This document shows positions 1 to 7,501 of a stretch of DNA of 64,000 nt, piece after piece. The notes beneath the pieces were generated by a model, which saw nothing but the letters and a program-made list of their open reading frames with translations, did not search any database and was not told where the DNA came from. Each line of letters starts with the position of its first letter. The first letter of the stretch is position 1. The translations under genes and the position numbers were made by a program. Location of the stretch: assembly GCA_034430895.1 (NCBI GenBank), contig DAOUDW010000038.1, positions 2,982 through 66,981 of the forward strand, read 5' to 3'. The DNA is from Anaerolineales bacterium. Lineage in GTDB: Bacteria; Chloroflexota; Anaerolineae; Anaerolineales; E44-bin32.

Positions 1-79
1 TCTTCACTGTATCTGTCCTTAATATGCAGGTTCGTCCGGGAGGCTGAAACATGAATGTGGCTTGTGCGCCGCGAGCTAC

Positions 80-108
80 TTGTCGAAATTGCCAGCTCAC
101 TGTAGCAT
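80..108 (+). promoter_or_regulatory. candidate sigma70-type promoter of lipoprotein paralog 1 (TTGTCG-N17-TAGCAT)
   Basis: TTGTCG at 80-85, a 17-nt spacer, then TAGCAT at 103-108. The same hexamers and spacing recur at 1562-1590 upstream of paralog 2. Confidence 0.4.
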
Positions 109-192
109 CCTGATACCAACCGCCTGCCATTGACAAACCATTTCATGGCCGGTATACGGAGAAGAAGATATCAAAACGAAGGAGACACCAAG

Positions 193-1338
193 ATGAACCT
201 TCCAACTCGAAAGAAAACAACAGCACTCGTCTTACTGCTTTCTACAAGCATAATCCTTTCGGCATGTAATTTTCCCGGCACGGGCGCCACATCGGATTTG
301 TTCGCCACCTCCGCGGCGCAAACCGTATCCGCCCGTCTCACCCAACCGGCAGGACCCGGCACGGACGGGACAACGCCGCCCGAACCGCCGCAGATCGCTA
401 CAACAGAAGCGCCGACGACGGAGGAACCGCCTACGCCGACCGTAACGCTGACCCCCACGATCACCCAAACCACCATACCCTGCGATCGCGTCGCCTTCGT
501 CTCGGACGTCACCATCCCCGACGGTGAGGAACTGGATCCCAATGAGAGCTTCACCAAAACCTGGCGCCTGAAAAATGACGGCTCCTGCACCTGGACCTCC
601 AGCTATGCACTCATTTTCGACAGCGGTGATTCAATGGACGGGCCCGCCTCCAAACAGCTCACCAGTGGCACTGTAGCACCCGGCGCAACCATGGATATCT
701 CCGTCAATCTGACGGCACCAAGTTCGCCAGGGACCTACAAAGGCTACTGGAAACTTCGCAACGGATCGGGAGTGAACTTCGGCATCGGCACAGACGGCAC
801 CAATCCGTTCTGGGTCGAAATCGAAGTTGTACCCAACACGACCACGATTACCATTCCGATGCAAGCCGGTGAAAGCGGACAAGCGACTTCTACTGGCTCA
901 ACTGGGTTTGGAAAATATGTAGGCGACAGCCATTTAGATACTTCCACGCAAGCCTTCGTCAGCTTCGATATCAGTGCGATACCATCTGACGCCATCATCA
1001 CCAAGGTTACAACGAAGATTAGCAACTACAATAAAACCGGAGATCCGTTTGGTGATCTGGGCGCACTGTTCATCTTCAAGGATGATTTTGGCGGCTTGGA
1101 TGCTTCCGACTTCGTCGGCAGCACGCCATCATCCGGCCGGCTGATTTCCTGGAATTCCTCGTCGAGTTTGGGGAACGTCATCTCAGATGAAGACATGGTC
1201 AATGCACTGCAAACCAAAGTGGGCAGTAGTCGCTTTAAAGTCCGATTCCAATTCTCCAATGACACAAACGGTGATCATGGTGCCGACTATCTGGAATTGG
1301 TCTCGTTCGTGATCAAGGTAACGTACTACACACCATAA
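193..1338 (+). CDS. secreted lipoprotein with Pro/Thr linker, NBR1-FW-like Ig domain and a C-terminal beta-rich domain of unknown function (paralog 1)
   Basis: ATG at 193 preceded by GAAGGAGA. Lipobox-like LSAC after a hydrophobic segment, then a PT-rich linker. The pattern FTKTWRLKNDGSCTW...GYWKLRN...FG fits the N_BRCA1_IG/NBR1-FW family as I recall it. The ORF-track start at 130 is less likely, because paralog 2 starts at the equivalent ATG. Confidence 0.75.
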   Translation: MNLPTRKKTTALVLLLSTSIILSACNFPGTGATSDLFATSAAQTVSARLTQPAGPGTDGTTPPEPPQIATTEAPTTEEPPTPTVTLTPTITQTTIPCDRVAFVSDVTIPDGEELDPNESFTKTWRLKNDGSCTWTSSYALIFDSGDSMDGPASKQLTSGTVAPGATMDISVNLTAPSSPGTYKGYWKLRNGSGVNFGIGTDGTNPFWVEIEVVPNTTTITIPMQAGESGQATSTGSTGFGKYVGDSHLDTSTQAFVSFDISAIPSDAIITKVTTKISNYNKTGDPFGDLGALFIFKDDFGGLDASDFVGSTPSSGRLISWNSSSSLGNVISDEDMVNALQTKVGSSRFKVRFQFSNDTNGDHGADYLELVSFVIKVTYYTP

Positions 1339-1353
1339 GCGCGTTGCATCAAG

Positions 1354-1393
1354 AAAAAATCCCCGCCAATCCAATTCTCGGCGGGGATTTTTA
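1354..1393 (+). terminator. rho-independent terminator
   Basis: ATCCCCGCC (1359-1367) pairs with GGCGGGGAT (1380-1388). A T-run follows and an A-run precedes. Confidence 0.7.
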
Positions 1394-1561
1394 CATACCG
1401 CCCAAGTTATTGCTTGCCGACTTGCAGGCCATACCCTGGCGATCCACTTACCCGCATTGCTGCAGACAGTGCTGCCACCACAATCATCCCCCTATATGCC
1501 GATAAGATTATTGATCGGCGGTTAAGCTGAAACGGAGTGTGACCTATGCGTAATGGGCCAC

Positions 1562-1590
1562 TTGTCAAAATCGGCGGCTCACTGTAGCAT
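1562..1590 (+). promoter_or_regulatory. candidate sigma70-type promoter of lipoprotein paralog 2 (TTGTCA-N17-TAGCAT)
   Basis: TTGTCA at 1562-1567, a 17-nt spacer, then TAGCAT at 1585-1590. Conserved with 80-108. Confidence 0.4.
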
Positions 1591-1674
1591 CCTGATACTA
1601 ACTACCGGCCTGGAATTATCAATTCCACGTCCGGTATACGGAGAAGAAGATTTCAATATGAAGGAGACTAGGAA

Positions 1675-2820
1675 ATGAGCCTTCTAACTCGAAGAAAAAC
1701 GTCAACTCTCGTCATAATCCTTTCGGCCGGTCTGATCCTTTCGGCATGCAATTTCCCCGGTATGGGTGCCACGCCGGATCTGTTCGCCACCTCCGCGGCG
1801 CAAACCGTATCCGCCCGTCTCACCCAACCGGCAGGACCCGGCACGGACGGGACAACGCCGCCCGAACCGCCGCAGATCGCTACAACAGAAGCGCCGCCGA
1901 CGGAGGAACCGCCTACGCCGACCGTAACGCTGACCCCCACGATCACCCAAACCACCATACCCTGCGATCGCGTCGCCTTCGTTACGGACGTCACCATCCC
2001 CGACGGGGAGGAACTGCAGCCCAACGAGAGCTTCACCAAAACCTGGCGCCTGAAAAATGACGGCTCCTGCACCTGGACCTCCAGCTATGCGCTCATTTTC
2101 GACAGCGGTGATTCAATGGGCGGGCCCGCCTCCAAACAGCTCACCAGTGGCACTGTGGCGCCCGGCGCAAACATTGATATCTCCGTCAATCTTACGGCAC
2201 CAAGTTCGCCAGGGACCTACAAAGGCTACTGGAAACTGCGCAACGGATCGGGAGTGAACTTCGGCATCGGCACAGGCGGCACCAATCCCTTCTGGGTCGA
2301 GATCGAAGTCGCGCCCAATACGACCACGAAATCAATCCCCTTCGTCTCTGGTGAAAGCGGACAGGTTACGAAAAGCGGTCTTGTACTTGGCAACGTAATC
2401 GCGGGAGACAACGTAGTAGACAATGTCTCACAAGCTTTCCTGAGCTTCAATATCAACGGGATCCCGGCGGATGCCGTGGTCACGAAAGTCGTCATCGATC
2501 TGAGCGATTTCTCCGTAGACGGGACACCTTTCTCGGTTTTAGGGTCACTCTTCATCTTCAAGGATGACTATGGCGGTTTGGACCCCTCTGACTTCGTCGG
2601 CAGCACACCAGCATCCGGTCGACTCATCTCCTGGAGTTCGACTTCGAGCCTGGGAAACCCTGTCTCGGATCAAGATATGCTAAATGTCCTCCAGACCAAA
2701 GTGGGATCGAGTCGCTTCAAGTTACGTTTGCAGTTCAACAAGCAAACCGACAATGACCATGGAGGCGATTACATAACCTGGGGCACACCAACTATCGAAG
2801 TAACCTACTACGTGCCCTAG
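1675..2820 (+). CDS. secreted lipoprotein with NBR1-FW-like Ig domain (paralog 2)
   Basis: Same architecture as 193-1338. Residues from DLFATSAAQ to PNTTT are nearly identical to paralog 1; the C-terminal ~165 aa are homologous but diverged. SD AAGGAGA lies upstream of the ATG. Confidence 0.75.
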   Translation: MSLLTRRKTSTLVIILSAGLILSACNFPGMGATPDLFATSAAQTVSARLTQPAGPGTDGTTPPEPPQIATTEAPPTEEPPTPTVTLTPTITQTTIPCDRVAFVTDVTIPDGEELQPNESFTKTWRLKNDGSCTWTSSYALIFDSGDSMGGPASKQLTSGTVAPGANIDISVNLTAPSSPGTYKGYWKLRNGSGVNFGIGTGGTNPFWVEIEVAPNTTTKSIPFVSGESGQVTKSGLVLGNVIAGDNVVDNVSQAFLSFNINGIPADAVVTKVVIDLSDFSVDGTPFSVLGSLFIFKDDYGGLDPSDFVGSTPASGRLISWSSTSSLGNPVSDQDMLNVLQTKVGSSRFKLRLQFNKQTDNDHGGDYITWGTPTIEVTYYVP

Positions 2821-2843
2821 AAACACTTCGATTCATTACACGT

Positions 2844-2880
2844 AAAAATCCCCGCGAGGAATGCCAACTCGCGGGGATAC
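2844..2880 (+). terminator. GC-rich hairpin after paralog 2 (possible terminator, no clear U-run)
   Basis: ATCCCCGCGAG (2848-2858) pairs with CTCGCGGGGAT (2868-2878). The A-run lies on the 5' side only. Confidence 0.45.
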
Positions 2881-2972
2881 GCGTTTCCATTCGAAGATAT
2901 CGTTATGTGCATTTTCAATGATTCTGCTGGAATCAATTGGCAGATTTAAAGAACGCGTGATAGATTCAGGAT

Positions 2973-4517
2973 ATGCTTGCAAATGTTTTGGTGGTTGAAG
3001 CAACCAAAGAATTTGGGTCCTTGATCCACAACACACTCGAAGAGACCGGGCAGTATCAAGTTGAACTGGCGATGAACGCTGCCGAGGCGATCGAGATCGG
3101 AGAACAGGGCGGTCTGCAGCTGCTGATCATCGATTTCGATCTTCCCGACCTCGATGCGCCGACCTGCATTCAACGCATCCAAAGCGCCAATCCGGGACTC
3201 GCACTTATCGCCATTCCCCCAAACAACAATCCAAACGACCCCGTGCTGTCAGGTCTTCCCATCAGCGCCTTACTCACTAAACCTTTTTACCTTCCCGAAC
3301 TCAACAGGATCGTCTCAGAAGCGATTGATCAGCCAACCAATGTCGAAAGCAGCATACAAACCGAGGATTTTAATCCGCAGGAAGAAGCGCTCACCTGGGT
3401 CTCAGGTACACCAGCCTCTTGGGCAAACGATACCCATGAAGCCTCCCAATACCTAACCCGGATTTGTCATGACATATCCGCCGAGGCTTTGATCCTTTTA
3501 TACCTCGGCCGACCATGGGCACAAGCTGGAGAGATAACGCCATCTCAAGCAGAAGAAGCTGCCACCAAGATCAATGAAATCGGTGTTGGTGATGGCACGC
3601 GTGGCGCCATCACAACCGTCACCCATATACCAGGTATGCAACTCGATTGCACACTTTACGCCAATGGCTTGCTTCAAGACTGGATCTTGGCAATGATCTA
3701 TCCGTCAGGTACCTCGTTCAGCGTGATTCGGCGCCAGGCACAGCATGCCGCGGATAGGCTCAGAGACTTCGACTCGGAAATCTACGACGAAGAACCCCTT
3801 TCCGAAACGGACTCTGTTTCCGAAACCGCTCCCATCACGCCTCCATTCCAGGCGTATGATTCACCCGATTCCTACACGGATGCGGAGCCAGAGATTCAAG
3901 AGATGCCTTTTTTAGACGGTCTCGACTTACCGCCTCCGGAACCTGAGGACGCAGCTGCTCACACCCCTGTAGAACAACCCAAAATTGTTGAGACACCTGC
4001 CGCTATTCCGGGTGACTGGGTGCCCGATAAGCCCAAACCCGAATCCCATCTGCCCTTTCTCCAAGAACGCACACCTTCACCGGCGGAACCAGCATCACCC
4101 GCCCAGGAGCACGTCCCGCTACCCGATGCGGAATACTATTTACCTGTCACTGCAGTCCTGGTGCCTCGATTCCCGGAACAGCAATTGGTCGGTGCTCTGG
4201 CCGACAATGTACACGAATGGGTTGTTCGACTCTGTTTGGCATGGGATTGGCGTGCGGATGAGGTAGTCATCGAACCCGAATACCTCTGCCTAACCATGAA
4301 CATTTCTCCAGAGACTGCGCCGTCAATCGCCATCGAGCGACTTCGGGATGATCTTTCACAACGCATACTGAGTGCCTTCCCGGAATTTGTCGAAAACCTT
4401 CCCTCCAGACGGTTTTGGGCCCGCAGTTACCTTTTAATCACCGGCGGACCACCACCTGTCGAACGAGTGCAAGCCTTCGTGCAAGGCACACGCAAGGGCC
4501 AGGGAATTGAAATCTAA
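2973..4517 (+). CDS. response-regulator receiver fused to a roadblock/LC7-like middle region, a Pro/Glu-rich linker and a degenerate IS200/Y1-transposase-like C-terminal domain
   Basis: REC motifs: LLIIDFDLPD and LLTKPF. The C-terminus follows the Y1_Tnp pattern: VLVPRFPEQ, EPEYLCLTMNISPE, RRFWARSYLLITGG and VQAFVQG. The HxH and the catalytic Tyr are replaced. Confidence 0.7.
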   Translation: MLANVLVVEATKEFGSLIHNTLEETGQYQVELAMNAAEAIEIGEQGGLQLLIIDFDLPDLDAPTCIQRIQSANPGLALIAIPPNNNPNDPVLSGLPISALLTKPFYLPELNRIVSEAIDQPTNVESSIQTEDFNPQEEALTWVSGTPASWANDTHEASQYLTRICHDISAEALILLYLGRPWAQAGEITPSQAEEAATKINEIGVGDGTRGAITTVTHIPGMQLDCTLYANGLLQDWILAMIYPSGTSFSVIRRQAQHAADRLRDFDSEIYDEEPLSETDSVSETAPITPPFQAYDSPDSYTDAEPEIQEMPFLDGLDLPPPEPEDAAAHTPVEQPKIVETPAAIPGDWVPDKPKPESHLPFLQERTPSPAEPASPAQEHVPLPDAEYYLPVTAVLVPRFPEQQLVGALADNVHEWVVRLCLAWDWRADEVVIEPEYLCLTMNISPETAPSIAIERLRDDLSQRILSAFPEFVENLPSRRFWARSYLLITGGPPPVERVQAFVQGTRKGQGIEI

Positions 4518-4593
4518 TCATCGATTTTCCCAACACTTCACACCTGGTGCTACAATTTAATACCTCACCGATTAATCCAAGGGAGTGTCCAGA

Positions 4594-7371
4594 ATGACGA
4601 ATCAACCCCGTCTGTTTCTCATCGATGGTCATGCACTTGCATACCGCACGTACTTCGCATTGACGCGTGCGGGTGATCCCTCCCGCTGGATAACGAAATC
4701 CGGTGAGCCAACCGCCGGGACTTACGGTTTCGTATCCGTACTCCTTTCGCTTCTTGAACGAGAAGAACCGGAGTATCTCGCCGTCTCCTTCGATACCGGT
4801 CGAACATTCCGTGATGATCTTTTCGATGAATACAAAGCTACGCGTGAAAAAATGCCTGATGATTTGCGTCTGCAAATCGAACGAATTCGAGAGATCATTA
4901 CGGCATTTGGAATCCCCATTCTGGAGGCCGAGGGTTTCGAAGCAGATGATGTGCTCGGTACGGTAGCTCGAAAAGCGGCATCGCAGGATGTTCACACCAT
5001 CATCGTCACCGGAGATAGAGATCTCCTGCAGCTCGTCAGTGAAAACGTGACCATCCAGCTTTCCGGCCAGAAACTCTCCGAAGCCACGGACTATGGTCCG
5101 GAACAGGTGCGCAAACGCTATGGCCTCGAACCCGGGCAGCTGGTCGATTACAAAGCTCTTGTAGGCGACAGCAGCGACAACATCCCTGGCGTACGCGGCG
5201 TTGGGGAGAAAACAGCAACTTCGCTGCTGCAACAATATAAGAATCTGGATAATATCTTCGCCAATCTGGACGATGTTCCAACACGCTTCCGCAGTAAATT
5301 GGATGATGGTAGAGAAAGTGCATATCTGAGTAAAAAGCTGGGCCAAATCGAAACGGAAGTACCGATTGAATTCGATCTCGAAGCATGCCGCGCCCAGGCA
5401 TACAATCGGGACGAAATTGTCGACCTTTTTCGAGAACTTGAATTCCGCACATTACTCAACCGCATCCAAACCGACTCATCTGGCAGTGAACAACAGATGA
5501 GTTTGTTCGTCAGCGAGGAACAAACCCAACAAACACAAACCCGAACAGTCCACATCGTCGACAACGGCGAAAAACTCGACAACCTGATCCAGCGTCTTGA
5601 CGCGGCGGAACAGATTGCTTTCGATGTCGAAACGACCAGCACAGATGCGATCCAGGCCGAGCTGGTCGGAATCTCGCTTGCTACGCAGCCCGAAGAAGGC
5701 TTTTACATCCCGGTTGGGCATATCCCAGCCAAAGAAGGATCGCAGCTCGATCTAGATACTGTGCTCGAAGCGCTGCGCGCTCCCCTAACCGATCCGAAAA
5801 AGGGCAAAGTGGGTCACAATCTCAAGTATGATTACACGCTCCTCGCTCGTCATGGGCTTCAGGTATCGCCACTCAGCTTCGACACTATGCTGGCCGAATG
5901 GCTTTGCGATCCTGCTTCCCGCAATCTTGGTTTGAAGAGTCTGGCCTGGATTCGTCTGGGCGTCGAAATGACGGACATCGAAGCCCTCATCGGTCATGGA
6001 CGGAATCAACGCTCCATGGCCGTGGTCCCAATCTCAGAAGTCGCTCCGTATGCCGCAGCCGATGCCGAAATCTGTCTGCGGCTTCTTCCCCTCCTCCGGG
6101 AAGAACTTAAGCAAAAGCAGCAAACGAAATTGTTCCAGGAGCTTGAAATGCCGCTGATCCCCATTCTGGCCAGAATGGAGATGACCGGCATCAGCCTGAA
6201 CATCGACTTTCTGGAGCAACTTTCTAAGCAGTTAAATGATCAAATGGCTAAAATCGAAGACGAGATCTTCAAAGAAGCGGGAAGAACGTTCAACGTTAAC
6301 TCAACACAACAATTATCGATCGTCCTTTTCGACGATCTATCCCTCCAGCCACCCGATCGCGCCCGTCGAACTGCATCCGGTCATTACTCCACCGCTGCAT
6401 CTGTACTTGAAGAATTACGCAGCGCCCATCCAATCGTCGAACATATCCTCGCTTACCGTGAAATCACCAAAATTAAATCAACCTATGCGGATGCCCTCCC
6501 TCAACAAGTCAATCCGCAGACCGGTCGCGTCCATACTTCCTTCAACCAGACGGGTTCGGTAACCGGCCGACTGGCGTCTTCCAATCCTAATTTACAGAAC
6601 ATACCCGTGCGGACGGAGATAGGCCGTCAAATCCGACGGGCTTTCGTCGCCGAAAAAGGTCACACGCTGCTCAGCGTGGACTACTCACAAATCGAGCTGC
6701 GTATCGTCGCCCATCTATCCGAGGACAAAGCCATGCTGCAAGCCTTTCTCGACGATCAAGATATCCACAGCGCCACGGCAGCGGCCATTTTCGGCGTCGA
6801 TCCCGCTGACGTCTCCTCCGATCTGCGTCGGCGGGCAAAAGCAATCAACTTTGGATTGATCTACGGTATGAGCCCCTTCGGATTGACCCGAACCACGGAC
6901 CTAACCCTCGCTGAAGCCAAGGATTTTGTTAAGGCATACTTCGATCGCTTCCCCGGTGTGGAAAGATATCTCGAAGAAACCCGACAACAGGCCGAACAAG
7001 TCGGTTACGTTTCAACGCTGCTTGGTCGCCGACGATACTTCCCACAGCTGACCGCAGACGCTTCGGTATCCGAACAAGCTCGCGCTCGAGCGATGCGGGA
7101 AGCGATCAACGCCCCAATCCAAGGCACGGCCTCCGACATCATCAAAATTGCCATGATTCGACTTCCTGAAGCACTAGACGAGCACAAATTGAAAGCCAAC
7201 ATGCTGATTCAAGTACACGATGAGCTCGTCCTCGAGTGTCCCCAGAGTGAACTTGCAAGTACCTCCCAGACCGTACAACAAGTCATGCAAGATGCATGTG
7301 AGTTACGTGTGCCATTGAAAACCGATGCGAAAGCGGGAACGACCTGGGCAAGCATGAAACCGATGGAATGA
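4594..7371 (+). CDS. polA: DNA polymerase I
   Basis: 5'-nuclease N-terminus LFLIDGHALAYRTYFA; 3'-5' exonuclease FDVETTS; polymerase motifs DYSQIELR, RRRAKAINFGLIYG and QVHDELV. ATG at 4594 follows GGGAG. Confidence 0.97.
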   Translation: MTNQPRLFLIDGHALAYRTYFALTRAGDPSRWITKSGEPTAGTYGFVSVLLSLLEREEPEYLAVSFDTGRTFRDDLFDEYKATREKMPDDLRLQIERIREIITAFGIPILEAEGFEADDVLGTVARKAASQDVHTIIVTGDRDLLQLVSENVTIQLSGQKLSEATDYGPEQVRKRYGLEPGQLVDYKALVGDSSDNIPGVRGVGEKTATSLLQQYKNLDNIFANLDDVPTRFRSKLDDGRESAYLSKKLGQIETEVPIEFDLEACRAQAYNRDEIVDLFRELEFRTLLNRIQTDSSGSEQQMSLFVSEEQTQQTQTRTVHIVDNGEKLDNLIQRLDAAEQIAFDVETTSTDAIQAELVGISLATQPEEGFYIPVGHIPAKEGSQLDLDTVLEALRAPLTDPKKGKVGHNLKYDYTLLARHGLQVSPLSFDTMLAEWLCDPASRNLGLKSLAWIRLGVEMTDIEALIGHGRNQRSMAVVPISEVAPYAAADAEICLRLLPLLREELKQKQQTKLFQELEMPLIPILARMEMTGISLNIDFLEQLSKQLNDQMAKIEDEIFKEAGRTFNVNSTQQLSIVLFDDLSLQPPDRARRTASGHYSTAASVLEELRSAHPIVEHILAYREITKIKSTYADALPQQVNPQTGRVHTSFNQTGSVTGRLASSNPNLQNIPVRTEIGRQIRRAFVAEKGHTLLSVDYSQIELRIVAHLSEDKAMLQAFLDDQDIHSATAAAIFGVDPADVSSDLRRRAKAINFGLIYGMSPFGLTRTTDLTLAEAKDFVKAYFDRFPGVERYLEETRQQAEQVGYVSTLLGRRRYFPQLTADASVSEQARARAMREAINAPIQGTASDIIKIAMIRLPEALDEHKLKANMLIQVHDELVLECPQSELASTSQTVQQVMQDACELRVPLKTDAKAGTTWASMKPME

Positions 7372-7501
7372 AACCTACCCGGAGTTGGATGTTTGCGAGA
7401 GCAGCAGATGGATAACGTTCTTTCCGAATCACTCAGCGACCGATGATGACTTATGCTATACTCGCCTCGCTGTAGAATTTATATAACAAGAAGATCGTGA
7501 T

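Noticed and set aside
30-130. Possible TPP-riboswitch-like blocks (GCTGAAAC ... CCTGATAC) in the duplicated leaders (also 1524-1600)
   Set aside because: There is only loose resemblance to CUGAGA / ACCUGAUCUGGAUAAUGCCAGCG. The conserved blocks fit a -35/-10 promoter with 17-nt spacing better, and a lipoprotein gene is not a TPP-regulon target.
130-2820. Diversity-generating retroelement (template/variable repeat) explanation for the paralog pair
   Set aside because: There is no reverse transcriptase in the window. The differences between copies are not adenine-specific and are spread over a whole domain with indels. Ordinary duplication plus gene conversion fits better.
1-2900. CRISPR-like repeat structure
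   Set aside because: The only large repeat is the ~1.5-kb tandem gene duplication. I saw no short regularly spaced direct repeats and no cas genes anywhere in the window.
2973-4517. Calling the IS200-like region a mobile element
   Set aside because: The HUH and Tyr catalytic residues are missing. The domain is embedded in a 514-aa signalling protein, and no subterminal hairpins or partner tnpB are present.
4438-5346. 302-aa ORF on the minus strand
   Set aside because: It lies entirely antisense to the unambiguous polA gene. The composition is typical of a shadow frame and no motif was recognised.
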